Below, piece after piece: positions 37,772 to 46,914 of a stretch of DNA of 64,000 bases. Origin of the DNA: Oscillospiraceae bacterium. GTDB lineage: Bacteria; Bacillota; Clostridia; Oscillospirales; Ruminococcaceae. The notes under the pieces are model-generated. The model did no database searches. It was not told the DNA's origin and saw only the letters and a program-made list of their open reading frames with translations. Each line of letters begins with the position of its first letter. Position 1 is the first letter of the stretch. The position numbers were made by a program, and so were the translations under genes. The stretch is from NCBI GenBank assembly GCA_050943435.1, contig JBMNPE010000001.1:30315-94314 (forward strand), given 5' to 3'.

Positions 37772-39730
37772 TCAGCACGGGAAGAATGCCAGGAGAGCAT
37801 TGTATGTGTATTCCATGACAGCAGTGCCGTTGTGTTCATATCCTTCCTTGACGCGGAAGGCAAAATTCCCGTTTGCAGGGTCATCATCAACGCTTGTGAA
37901 ATAATCAGAATCTGACATTCGCTCTGCGCGTCTGCTGTCGTAGCTGTAGGCGAAATCACTTGTCCCCGTCATAACGAATACAAAGTAGTCAGATGGGTCT
38001 CGGCCTTCAGCAGCCTGCCAGATTGTTTCATCATCCAGCGATGTGCCGCAGCTCATCGGAGAAAAATAGCGGAATTCATCCAGACAGTATTCGAATGTGC
38101 GCCACGTGGTCACTGAACCCATGGAGAAACCGACGAATGCACGATGGTCCCGCGAAGCTTCCAAGGCTTCCTGGGCAATCGAAGAAACGTCATCGGCTTC
38201 TTCCCGGGCATATGTGTGATACCGGCTCTCGACGGCAGGCATCAGGTCTCCAAGCAGTTCATTATGATAGTTTTGAGTCAGCTGGAGCGCCAGACTGAAG
38301 TCTGCGGCGTCGTTTTCGCTGGTGTTGTTGTAAGTCGGACATACCATGATCAGAGGCTCTATATCGCCGTTCTCTATGGCATTGTCCAGAATGTTCTTGA
38401 ACTCCGAGGGACTGCTTGGAGTTCCGAGCAGAGTGTTCTCCGTCGACCACCCTCCGTGCATATTGTAGACGATGTCGTACGCCCTGCTGTCGTCGTAGCC
38501 GTAAGGCAGGTAGACGACTGCATGCTTTGTAAGAGGCGTAGATTTTTCTTCATACGAGAATGATTCCCACGTGTCGTAATAGAGGTCCACGAGCGTTCCA
38601 GGCTGATCCGAGGCTTCTGTGTACCCATCAGGCACTGATTCGATTTCATCGGGAATCTGTACAGATGCGGATGATACCTCTGAGTCGGATGGCGTTGTCA
38701 TGTGGTCCTCCCAGAATGAAACGGCATGGTCAACCCATCCCTCAGCGACGGTTCCTTCTCCAAGCCCGAATCCATGGGGAAGGCCTTCAAAGACCTCGAT
38801 TTCGGCATCAGTGCCGTTGGCCCTTATGGCATCTATGCGGTTCTGCATCACCTGGTAGTCGGCGATGTAGTCTGCAGTGCCGACGTTTGCATATGTCGGG
38901 GGTTCGTTTCCGGTGACCTCGGAGAGGCCGGTATACTGCGTTACGACAATTGCAGGCTGGGGATACTCTTCTTCTCCGTAGGCTGCCGTGCCGTCGGCAC
39001 CGACCCAGGCTGACATGCGCGCTCCTGCCGACCCGCCCCAGAGTGAATAATCAGTCATGTCTATCTGCAGTTCATCGGCGTGCTCTTCCAGGTATGCGAT
39101 GGTGTGGGCTAGATCTTCACAGGCAGTCGTGGCATCCGGGCGGTAGATAAGTGCAACCGCGTTGTATCCCATCTTCGAGAGCTCGAGGGCGACGGGAAAA
39201 CTGTCCTGCATCGCCCCGACATAGGCAAACCCTCCTCCGGCACTCACGATGGCCGTCTTGGCCCCGGGACTGCCCCGGAAGAAAAAGATTCCTGTATCCT
39301 CCTTGGCGGGGTCAACGGCTTTTTCCTCATCAGTATAAATGTCGTAAAAGACCTGGTTTCCCTGCTGGGCATTCTCGTAAAAATAATTGACGATTTCGAC
39401 CGTCTTTTCCGGGTTGATGTAGTTGTACCAGGCAAGCTGCAGCTCTCCCAGCGTGTCGCCGCTGTAATAGCCCTCTTCCACTGGAAAAATAAGTCTGCCC
39501 CAGCTGTCGAAGGCGGGATCGTTAATAACATCTTCTATCAGCGTGTCTTCTGTGAACGGACCGCTGACTACCTCCGAATTACCCGTGCTCATCGATGAAG
39601 ATGCAGAGGCATCCTGGGAAGCAGATGACGACCTGCTGTCGGCTGCAGAAGCTCCACAGGCAGTCAGCAGGACGGAGAGCAGAAGCGGAATCATAATCGT
39701 CCACACTCGCTTTTTCCCAATCTTCCACAT
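37772..39730 (-). CDS. Secreted two-domain alpha/beta-hydrolase esterase (lipoprotein)
   Basis: 652 aa. Lipobox LLSVLLTAC. The N-domain has nucleophile elbow GGSAGA. The C-domain is 'putative esterase'-type with GFSMGS. Confidence 0.85.
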   Translation of the reverse strand: MWKIGKKRVWTIMIPLLLSVLLTACGASAADSRSSSASQDASASSSMSTGNSEVVSGPFTEDTLIEDVINDPAFDSWGRLIFPVEEGYYSGDTLGELQLAWYNYINPEKTVEIVNYFYENAQQGNQVFYDIYTDEEKAVDPAKEDTGIFFFRGSPGAKTAIVSAGGGFAYVGAMQDSFPVALELSKMGYNAVALIYRPDATTACEDLAHTIAYLEEHADELQIDMTDYSLWGGSAGARMSAWVGADGTAAYGEEEYPQPAIVVTQYTGLSEVTGNEPPTYANVGTADYIADYQVMQNRIDAIRANGTDAEIEVFEGLPHGFGLGEGTVAEGWVDHAVSFWEDHMTTPSDSEVSSASVQIPDEIESVPDGYTEASDQPGTLVDLYYDTWESFSYEEKSTPLTKHAVVYLPYGYDDSRAYDIVYNMHGGWSTENTLLGTPSSPSEFKNILDNAIENGDIEPLIMVCPTYNNTSENDAADFSLALQLTQNYHNELLGDLMPAVESRYHTYAREEADDVSSIAQEALEASRDHRAFVGFSMGSVTTWRTFEYCLDEFRYFSPMSCGTSLDDETIWQAAEGRDPSDYFVFVMTGTSDFAYSYDSRRAERMSDSDYFTSVDDDPANGNFAFRVKEGYEHNGTAVMEYTYNALLAFFPC

Positions 39731-39751
39731 GGTATTCTGGTGCCTGACCCA

Positions 39752-40600
39752 TTATTTCTGGGAGTCAAAATCAGGGGCCATATGGAGGTACCTCTGGAGG
39801 GCTTCCTCAGTCTGGGTGTAGTAGCGCCTGTTTTTGTTGACTGAGGCTATGGATGCCATATCCTCATCGCTGAGGGAAAAGTCAAACAGGTCGATATTGT
39901 CCTTAATGTGCTGCGGGTTGCGTGAGCCCGGGATCACAATATTGCCGGACTGTATGTGCCAGCGGAGGATGATCTGGGCATTGCTCTTCCCATATTTCCT
40001 TCCCAGCTCCGAAAAGACCTGTTCGTTGACAAGGTTTTTGTCTCCGTGGCCGAGGGGATACCACGCCATGACGACTGCCCCTATAGTTTTGAGATAGCCC
40101 TTGAGCTCGGTCTGGGGATAATAGGGATGAGCCTCGACCTGTATGACTGCGGGCTTTATCTCCTCTGTGTCTGCAATTTCCTTGATCTGTTCTATGGAGA
40201 AGTTGGAGAGGCCGAGTGAGCGGACTTTTCCGGCTTTCACTGCATCTTCCATGGCGCGATAGGCACCTTTAATGTCGCCAACAGGCTGGTGCAGGAAGAG
40301 CAGGTCGATATAGTCCGTGCCAAGGCGCTTCAGCGTGGCGTCAATTGCATTGGCTGCATCGGAATAGATGCTTGGCCAGAGCTTTGTGGATACGTAGATG
40401 TCACTGCGGCTGACGCCTGCCCTGGCAATACCCCTGCCTACTGCCTTCTCATTCATATAGGCATTTGCTGTGTCCACCATCTCATAGCCGTTTCTGAAGG
40501 CATTATATACAGCCTCTTCTGCATCGTCTGGAGACATCATGAACGTCCCGATTCCTGCTGCGGGGATTTTTGTTCCGTTATTGAGCTTAAAATATTCCAT
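39752..40600 (-). CDS. Aldo/keto reductase
   Basis: 282 aa. The N-terminal block NNGTKIPAAGIGTF...VDTANAYMNEKAVG is typical of 2,5-diketo-D-gluconate-reductase-like AKRs. Confidence 0.9.
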   Translation of the reverse strand: MEYFKLNNGTKIPAAGIGTFMMSPDDAEEAVYNAFRNGYEMVDTANAYMNEKAVGRGIARAGVSRSDIYVSTKLWPSIYSDAANAIDATLKRLGTDYIDLLFLHQPVGDIKGAYRAMEDAVKAGKVRSLGLSNFSIEQIKEIADTEEIKPAVIQVEAHPYYPQTELKGYLKTIGAVVMAWYPLGHGDKNLVNEQVFSELGRKYGKSNAQIILRWHIQSGNIVIPGSRNPQHIKDNIDLFDFSLSDEDMASIASVNKNRRYYTQTEEALQRYLHMAPDFDSQK

Positions 40601-40865
40601 AATTCACACCTCATTTTTCTGTCTGCTTTGCCTCAGCGGATACTGTTTTTTCTGCTTTCTGAGATGATTATACCGGCGCCGGAGCTTCAAACACAGAATC
40701 AATCGTGCATAGGTCTATTCAAAATATGAATGGTAAAATGCAGAACTATGCTCTTCTTTGCTGCCATATGCAGTAAAAGAGCTAAATTATTGGGAAGACT
40801 ACCCGGCTAATTGAAGGGTACCGGCGGGCTTTCTCCTGCAGCAGCTGCACATCGCCTGAAATAGT

Positions 40866-40902
40866 ATAAAAATAAGGAGCTGCACATCCGATGTGCAGCT
40901 CC
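40866..40902 (-). terminator. Intrinsic terminator after the Fe-ADH gene
   Basis: The minus strand has a 12-bp stem GGAGCTGCACAT/ATGTGCAGCTCC followed by TTATTTTTAT. Confidence 0.8.
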
Positions 40903-40921
40903 GGTCTGCCTCAGGGAATAG

Positions 40922-42109
40922 TCAGATGCATTCCGTCAGGATTTCATAGATTTCATCGTGCGTCATCTGGCGGGCACAGCCGGCGGTAATGACAGTGCTG
41001 TCTGCAACCTTCCTCAGAAGTTCTCGGTCTGTTGGATCCGGGCTGCCCTGGCGCATGCCTGCTTTCAGCTCGGTGAGTGTTGTCGGCAGGCCGATTTCAT
41101 GTATAAAGTCTGACAGTGCCTGAATGCCTGCAAGAGCCAGTTCCTCATCTGTGCGGCCGCCTGCCGACAGATGCCAGACCTTTTTTGCAAACCTGTCGAA
41201 CTTCGAGGTATTGTCCTTCACAAGATGGCGGTAGACTGCGGGGTGTATTACTGCCAGGCCCTGGCCGTGATTGCAGTCCGTATAGGCGCCGAGCTGGTGC
41301 TCGATCATATGATTCTGGAAGTCAGTCTGTTTGCCGAGTTTGAGAATTCCGTTCTCGGCCATGGAAGAATCCCACATGAGTTCCGAGCGGACGGACACAT
41401 CCTGAGGATTCCTGATCATGGCGCGGATATTCTTGATTACGTTTCTCATGACTGACTCATTGATTTCGTCTGACACATTGGTTTCTGACGGCCTGCCGAA
41501 ATAAGTCTCCATACAGTGAGACAGCGTGTCAAAAGCGCCGGAGACAGCCTGCCTCATGGGGACAGTGAGTGTGTACGAAGGATCGAGCACGGCAAATCTG
41601 GATAGAGCTCCGCCCATGCCGTTCTTCTGTTTTGTTTCTTCGTTGGTGATGACGGCTCCATTGTTCATCTCGGAGCCTGTGCCTGAAACAGTCGTGACTG
41701 CGCCGAGAGGTATGAATTCCGTCGGGTACTGATGATCCTCAAACTCTGCCTTCCAGATGTCCTTGTCCATCCTGGCCTGGGCCGAGACGATTTTGCAGCA
41801 GTCTATGACGGATCCTCCGCCTACTGCAAGGATGAAATCTATCTGGTTTTCCCTTGCGAGTTCTGCTCCTTCCTGTACCTTTGCATAAGTGGGGTTGGCC
41901 ATTATTCCCGAGAATTCGAAGATCTCCTTGCCTGACTCTTCCAGCAGGCCCCGGACTTTGTCATAAATTCCGTTTCTCTTTATTGATCCCCCGCCATAGG
42001 CGAGCATGACGTGTGTCCCCATATCAGAAAGCTCCGCTGACATGGCAGCGTCCAAAGCTCCTTCCCCGAAATATACTTTCGGCATTCCTGCATACTGAAA
42101 TTTTTCCAT
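40922..42109 (-). CDS. Iron-containing alcohol dehydrogenase (YqhD/butanol-dehydrogenase-like)
   Basis: 395 aa with motifs AYGGGSIKRNG and AVGGGSVIDCCK, plus His-rich metal-site blocks. Confidence 0.9.
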   Translation of the reverse strand: MEKFQYAGMPKVYFGEGALDAAMSAELSDMGTHVMLAYGGGSIKRNGIYDKVRGLLEESGKEIFEFSGIMANPTYAKVQEGAELARENQIDFILAVGGGSVIDCCKIVSAQARMDKDIWKAEFEDHQYPTEFIPLGAVTTVSGTGSEMNNGAVITNEETKQKNGMGGALSRFAVLDPSYTLTVPMRQAVSGAFDTLSHCMETYFGRPSETNVSDEINESVMRNVIKNIRAMIRNPQDVSVRSELMWDSSMAENGILKLGKQTDFQNHMIEHQLGAYTDCNHGQGLAVIHPAVYRHLVKDNTSKFDRFAKKVWHLSAGGRTDEELALAGIQALSDFIHEIGLPTTLTELKAGMRQGSPDPTDRELLRKVADSTVITAGCARQMTHDEIYEILTECI

Positions 42110-42372
42110 TAATGTTTCCTCCCGGACCTGCTTTCAACCATATTCGCAATTACACTGGGAAATCCATCCACAGGACTTCCGCCTGCATTAATGATTCTAA
42201 TCAGGAAAACCTTTTGAGTACATTATTAAATCAGAAAAGAAGAATTCATCTGGTGAATAGCTGATTGCAGAAACGCTATTGTACTTAAAATCAGACGGCA
42301 TGTAGCATAAAACTGCAGAAGGAAGACGGCATTACTCCTGATTTTGTGATGTTGAAACGGAGACGCATCAAA

Positions 42373-43167
42373 ATGATTTTTTATTTCACAGGGACAGGGA
42401 ACAGCCTTTATGCGGCGAAGAGCCTGGACGAAAAGATCATCAGCATCCCGCAGGTGATCGATAATCCCAGCCTGCATTTCAGTGCGGACCGGATTGGGAT
42501 TGCTGCACCTGTCTACGGACATGAGATGCCCCAAATGGTAAAGGAATTTATAAGGAGAGCGGAGTTTGACACTGATTACACATTTGTGATCCTTACATAC
42601 GGGAACCGGCATGCAAATGCAGTGGATCTCGCCCGGAATGTATTTGAAAGTGCCGGCAAACATGTGGACTATATTCACACTGTATTGATGGCAGACAATT
42701 TCCTGCCCGCCTTCGACATGAGGGAACAGGCAGAAATGGATAAAAACGTTGAGGGTCAGCTCTCAAAAATAAAGGCTGATATAGCAGAGAAAAAGCACGA
42801 CATGGAAGAGGTGACCCAGCAGGACCGGAATGTTCACGAGGAATACCTGAAAATGGTGCACGGCCAGCGGGCTTCCATATGGGCGGATTTTGATTTCACT
42901 GACAGATGTATCGGCTGCGGGATATGCGCAAAAGTTTGTCCGGCGGGGTGCATTTATCTCGAAGGAAACCGTGCAGTCTTCACCGGAGATAACTGCCAGG
43001 CATGCATGGCATGCGTGCACAGCTGCCCGGAAATGGCAATAAAAGTGAATAAGGTGCTTGGCCTTGAAGAACCAAACCCGAAAGCCCGATACCGCAATGA
43101 AAACGTCACCCTGACTGAGCTCGTCCGTTCTAACTGCAGAAAAACGATACCAGCAGAAGCAAAATGA
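42373..43167 (+). CDS. Flavodoxin-domain / 2x[4Fe-4S] ferredoxin fusion (EFR1-type)
   Basis: N-terminus MIFYFTGTGNSLYAAK (flavodoxin-like). The C-terminus has CIGCGICAKVCP and CQACMACVHSCP clusters. Start set at ATG 42373. Confidence 0.8.
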   Translation: MIFYFTGTGNSLYAAKSLDEKIISIPQVIDNPSLHFSADRIGIAAPVYGHEMPQMVKEFIRRAEFDTDYTFVILTYGNRHANAVDLARNVFESAGKHVDYIHTVLMADNFLPAFDMREQAEMDKNVEGQLSKIKADIAEKKHDMEEVTQQDRNVHEEYLKMVHGQRASIWADFDFTDRCIGCGICAKVCPAGCIYLEGNRAVFTGDNCQACMACVHSCPEMAIKVNKVLGLEEPNPKARYRNENVTLTELVRSNCRKTIPAEAK

Positions 43168-43204
43168 GAGCCACGACGGGGGAATGAGATAGGAGGCTGC
43201 AGCT

Positions 43205-44032
43205 ATGAAAATATGGTTCATTACAGGCTGTTCAAGCGGACTCGGCGAGGGAATTGCGAAAGCTGTACTTAAAAGCGGGGATGCCGCTGTTGTGACGGCG
43301 AGAGACAGGAAGCGGGTGAGCCATTTTGAGGATGAGTACCCGGATAGAGCGCTTGCGGTTTCTCTTGATCTTGCCGACAAGGCAGCTATGAAAAAGGGCG
43401 TACGTGATGCCTTTGAAAAATTTGGAAGAATAGATGTCCTTGTAAACAATGCCGGACGCGGATATCGGGCAGCTGTTGAAGAGAGCGAACCGGAACAGGT
43501 CCGCAGGCTGTTTGAAGAGGACTTTTTCTCCCCGATGGAGATCATCCAGATGGTGCTTCCGAGAATGAGGGAAAATCATCAAGGACTGATCATTAACGTT
43601 TCGTCAATTGGGGCTGTCCGCGGTGCCCTCGGAAATGGGTATTATTCTGCCGCAAAAGCGGCGCTTGAACTGGCGACGGAAGCTCTTGCCAAAGAGGTGG
43701 AGCCCTTTGGCATCAGAGCGATGATCATAGAACCCGGAGCAATGCGCACCGGCTTTTATGGAGACAGGATGGGGGGAACTGGAACATACATTTCTGCCTA
43801 CGATGGCATTGCCGCAAGATACCGGAAGGAAAAAATCGACGACCGCCATGATCAGCCGGGAGATCCTGAAAAGTGCGGTGAAATCATAGTTCAGACAGCG
43901 TTTGCAGAAAATGCTCCATTCAGGCTTCTGCTTGGAACCGACGCCGTTACGGCAGCGGAAGAGGCTTTGGATAACCGCATCCAGGAGTTGCGCAGGTGGA
44001 AACCCGTCAGCATCAAGGCGGACTACTCGTGA
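43205..44032 (+). CDS. Short-chain dehydrogenase/reductase (SDR)
   Basis: TGCSSGLG cofactor motif and YSAAK catalytic motif. 275 aa. Confidence 0.9.
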   Translation: MKIWFITGCSSGLGEGIAKAVLKSGDAAVVTARDRKRVSHFEDEYPDRALAVSLDLADKAAMKKGVRDAFEKFGRIDVLVNNAGRGYRAAVEESEPEQVRRLFEEDFFSPMEIIQMVLPRMRENHQGLIINVSSIGAVRGALGNGYYSAAKAALELATEALAKEVEPFGIRAMIIEPGAMRTGFYGDRMGGTGTYISAYDGIAARYRKEKIDDRHDQPGDPEKCGEIIVQTAFAENAPFRLLLGTDAVTAAEEALDNRIQELRRWKPVSIKADYS

Positions 44033-44070
44033 CCTTGGAATGAATATGAGATGAATGAGGAATGTGCGGG

Positions 44071-44988
44071 ATGAGAAGAAGAATGCTTGCTGTAATCCTG
44101 CTCCTTTCTGCGATAGCATGTACGGCTGCAGTTCTTACAGCATGCCGGAATCAAATAGATGGGAACCCTGAGGTGCAGGACCCGGGCTCAGCTTCTGAAA
44201 CAGCAGAAGGCAGTCTAAAAAAAATTTCCTATCGGATATCCTACGATGGAAATATCTATGACAAGGAGGCTTCCGTCTATGTTCCTGCCTCTTACGATGG
44301 GTTTGAACCCATGAACATACTGTATCTCATGCATGGTTCCCAGGGCAGCGGGGAACAGCTGGCAGACGTCATGAAGCCGCTGCTTGACGCCTGGATAGAA
44401 GAGGGGAAAACCCAGCCGATGCTGGTCGTGTTTCCGACGTATTACCCGGACTCGTCTTTTGTGTCTGTTAATTACTCTCAGGACTATCCTCTCAACCATT
44501 TCTTTGCGGTGACCGAAATCACCGAACTGATGAAAGCCGTTGAGGGAAGCTTCCATACCTATGCTGAAAGCATGGACGAGGCAGGATTTTCAGAGAGCAG
44601 GATGCACCGTGCATTCGGAGGATATTCAATGGGCGGTGTGACGACATGGGATATACTTGCCAGCCATGCGGACTGTTTTGCTTATTTCATGCCGATGGCG
44701 GGTGACTGCTGGCTTGACCGAATATACGATGAGCCTGTCGATCAGCTCCTGGTGCAGGGACTGGAAGGCGGCGGATATTCCTCTGAAGATTTCATGATTA
44801 TTGCGATGGTCGGAGGAAATGACGGCACAAAGGAAAGCATGCAGCCTCAGGTCTACGCCCTGCGAGAGAATCACTCGGACCTGATTACCGACGAAAATCT
44901 TATCTATTGGGAAAACGAGGGAGGTAGCCACAGCCTGGAGTCTTTTGAACTTGAGATGGAACACGGACTTGGGTATCTGTGGAACTGA
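44071..44988 (+). CDS. Lipoprotein esterase ('putative esterase' alpha/beta hydrolase family)
   Basis: Signal/lipobox MRRRMLAVILLLSAIACTAAVLTAC and nucleophile elbow GYSMGG. Start set at ATG 44071, 10 nt after GAGGA. The ORF opens at 44062. Confidence 0.85.
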   Translation: MRRRMLAVILLLSAIACTAAVLTACRNQIDGNPEVQDPGSASETAEGSLKKISYRISYDGNIYDKEASVYVPASYDGFEPMNILYLMHGSQGSGEQLADVMKPLLDAWIEEGKTQPMLVVFPTYYPDSSFVSVNYSQDYPLNHFFAVTEITELMKAVEGSFHTYAESMDEAGFSESRMHRAFGGYSMGGVTTWDILASHADCFAYFMPMAGDCWLDRIYDEPVDQLLVQGLEGGGYSSEDFMIIAMVGGNDGTKESMQPQVYALRENHSDLITDENLIYWENEGGSHSLESFELEMEHGLGYLWN

Positions 44989-45038
44989 TCGAATATATTT
45001 TTAGCCACATAGTTAATGACGTTTTTTCACCCTATTGA

Positions 45039-45066
45039 AAATTTTTGCGGATACCCGCAAAAATTT
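45039..45066. terminator. Bidirectional terminator-like palindrome after the esterase gene
   Basis: AAATTTTTGCGG-ATAC-CCGCAAAAATTT: a 12-bp stem whose outer part is A/T-rich. Confidence 0.6.
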
Positions 45067-45215
45067 ACCATAGAAGATATATTGTTAAGCTTTGTAAATA
45101 TGCCGGGTGCCGACGTCCCATGCGACAAATACCGCTGAAATGCAGGATTATTAAATGACGAAGGAGCAGGCAAAGTAAGCCAAGGTCCGAACGAATATGT
45201 CATTCTGCCCGTCCA

Positions 45216-45254
45216 GAGAAAAATAGCACGCAGCATCTATGGATGCTGTATGCT
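45216..45254 (-). terminator. Terminator-like hairpin about 300 nt downstream of the surface-protein reading frame
   Basis: The minus strand reads AGCATACAGCATC-CATA-GATGCTGCGTGCT, followed by ATTTTTCTCT. Stem is 7+4 bp with 2 mismatches. Confidence 0.4.
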
Positions 45255-45546
45255 ATTAAATTCACTGCAAAACCCGTTCTTATGAAGAAAAAGGCAAAAT
45301 ATGAACGATCTCGCCTTTTTTCTGGCTACATTGTAATAATTTGTCACTGCAAAATTATTATCTCTATAAACACTGCAGTCATAGTATGGAAGGACATATT
45401 CAGTGCCCTGCTGCAGAGATTTTCTCAAGTGTTTCAGCAGAAACTTTGGGGCTTTATATTTCCTTGCGATCCATCATATAAATGGAAAAGAGCCTCTTTC
45501 AGAGGCCCAAAATATATTCCTCGCTGCATCTTCAAACACAGGGGCT

Positions 45547-46014
45547 TCAGCCTGCTGTACTATAAGAATTGAAAATAGTAAAGCTATAAGGGTTACTACT
45601 ATCTGGAACAACTTGATTTTTGTAAAATGCCGTGCAATCAACGCCACCAGAGTAGATTGCCTCTTCTTTAACGTAATAATTTATCTCGTTACCTTCAGCA
45701 TCATATTTAGCAAGTCCTTCAAAGTCATTATTCCAGCCACCCGAGCCATCCGTATCAGTACCTGCTGAAATAGTTATTATAGTATCCGAAGGCACATCAT
45801 TTATGATGAGGCGAACGGTAATATAATCTTCTAACCCTTGCGACCATTGCTTTTGGACGTGAACCGACGTGAGTTCTATGTTCTTCACGATAAATCCACT
45901 GGAAGCATCACCCGAGATAATAGTTTCATAACCATCAACATGATCTTCTGTGAGCGTATAGGAGATCTCGTTACCGCTGCTGTCTATCCGGTCAAGATCT
46001 GTAAAGGTATAGGT
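45547..46014 (-). pseudogene. In-frame continuation of the surface-protein gene beyond the TGA (rest of CnaB repeat 4 plus a fifth, divergent CnaB domain)
   Basis: Same reading frame as 46015..48561 with no further stop until 45547. Translation TYTFTDLDRIDSSGNEISYTLTEDHVDGYETIISGDASSGFIVKN completes the interrupted repeat. Confidence 0.75.
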
Positions 46015-46914
46015 TCAGTTGTCTGTCATAAGGGTTGTGCTTGCTATCTCCTCCCCATTAGCGAAGAGATGCAAGGTGGCTTCTGTTCCCGCAACTCCGT
46101 ACCAGACCTTTGTGACATCGATGTCTATTTTTTCTGCGTTTGTAACAGTAAATCCGCTGGAAGCATCTCCGGTCACTACGCTGGTGTATCCGCTAATCTC
46201 ATCCTCGGTCAGGGTATAGGTTATCTCATTTCCACTGCTGTCTGTCTGGTCGAGACCCGTGAATGTATATGTCCAGCCGCTGTCAGCAGTAAGAACTGCG
46301 CTGGCTGCCTCTGTTCCGTCTGCCAGGAGGTGAACAGTTGCCTCACTGCCTTCATTGCCAATCCAGGTTTTTGTGACCTGAATGTCTATCTGCTTTGTAT
46401 TAGTCACGGTAAATCCGGTAGAGGCATCTCCGCTTATTTCGCTGGCATATCCATCAATCTCATCCTCGGTCAGGGTATAGGTTATCTCATTTCCGCTGCT
46501 GTCTGCCTGGTCGAGATCCGTAAAGGTGTATGTCCAGCCGCTGCCTGCAGTAAGAACTGCGCTGGCTGCCTCTGTCCCGTCTGCCAGGAGGTGAACAGTT
46601 GCTTCTGTCCCGGCGTCGCCGATCCAGACCTTCGAGACCTGAATGCTTATCTTCCTTGTGTTTGTAACGATAAACCCGCTGGAAGCATCTCCAGTGATGC
46701 TGGTTTCGTATCCTTCCAATGCATCTTCTGTAATAGTGTAGGTTATCTCGTTTCCTTCGCTGTCCGTCTTATCAAGATCCGTAAAGGTGTAGCTCCAGTC
46801 ACTGTCAGCCGTAAGGACAGCACTGCCATTCTCAGTGCCGTTGGCAAAGAGATGTACAGTTGCTTCTGCACCGGCATCGCCTATCCATACCTTCTCTACA
46901 TTGATTGATATTTT
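45871..46914 (-). repeat. Tandem 261-bp (87-codon) coding repeats, 4 copies (CnaB-type domains)
   Basis: Long near-identical DNA stretches recur with a ~261-nt period, for example CTCATCCTCGGTCAGGGTATAGGTTATCTCATTTCC at ~46197 and ~46458. Confidence 0.85.

Noticed and set aside
46015-46017. TGA read as Trp (genetic code 4) or as selenocysteine
   Set aside because: Many well-supported genes in this window end in TGA at the expected protein end (for example oppB 1082-1084, oppC 2642-2644, rarA 20528-20530, the NCS2 permease 27931-27933). TGA is therefore a normal stop here. No SECIS-like hairpin follows the codon, and the homologous repeat positions are Trp, not Cys/Sec.
45838-46908. 356-aa plus-strand ORF covering the repeat region
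   Set aside because: It is antisense to the CnaB repeats. Its periodic Cys/Gly-rich translation is just the mirror of the tandem repeats, and it has no RBS or motif. It is a shadow ORF.
45550-46914. Possible CRISPR array or non-coding satellite (also 61993..63136)
   Set aside because: The repeat unit is 261-290 bp with no short repeat/spacer alternation. The whole array is one open reading frame encoding CnaB-type domains.
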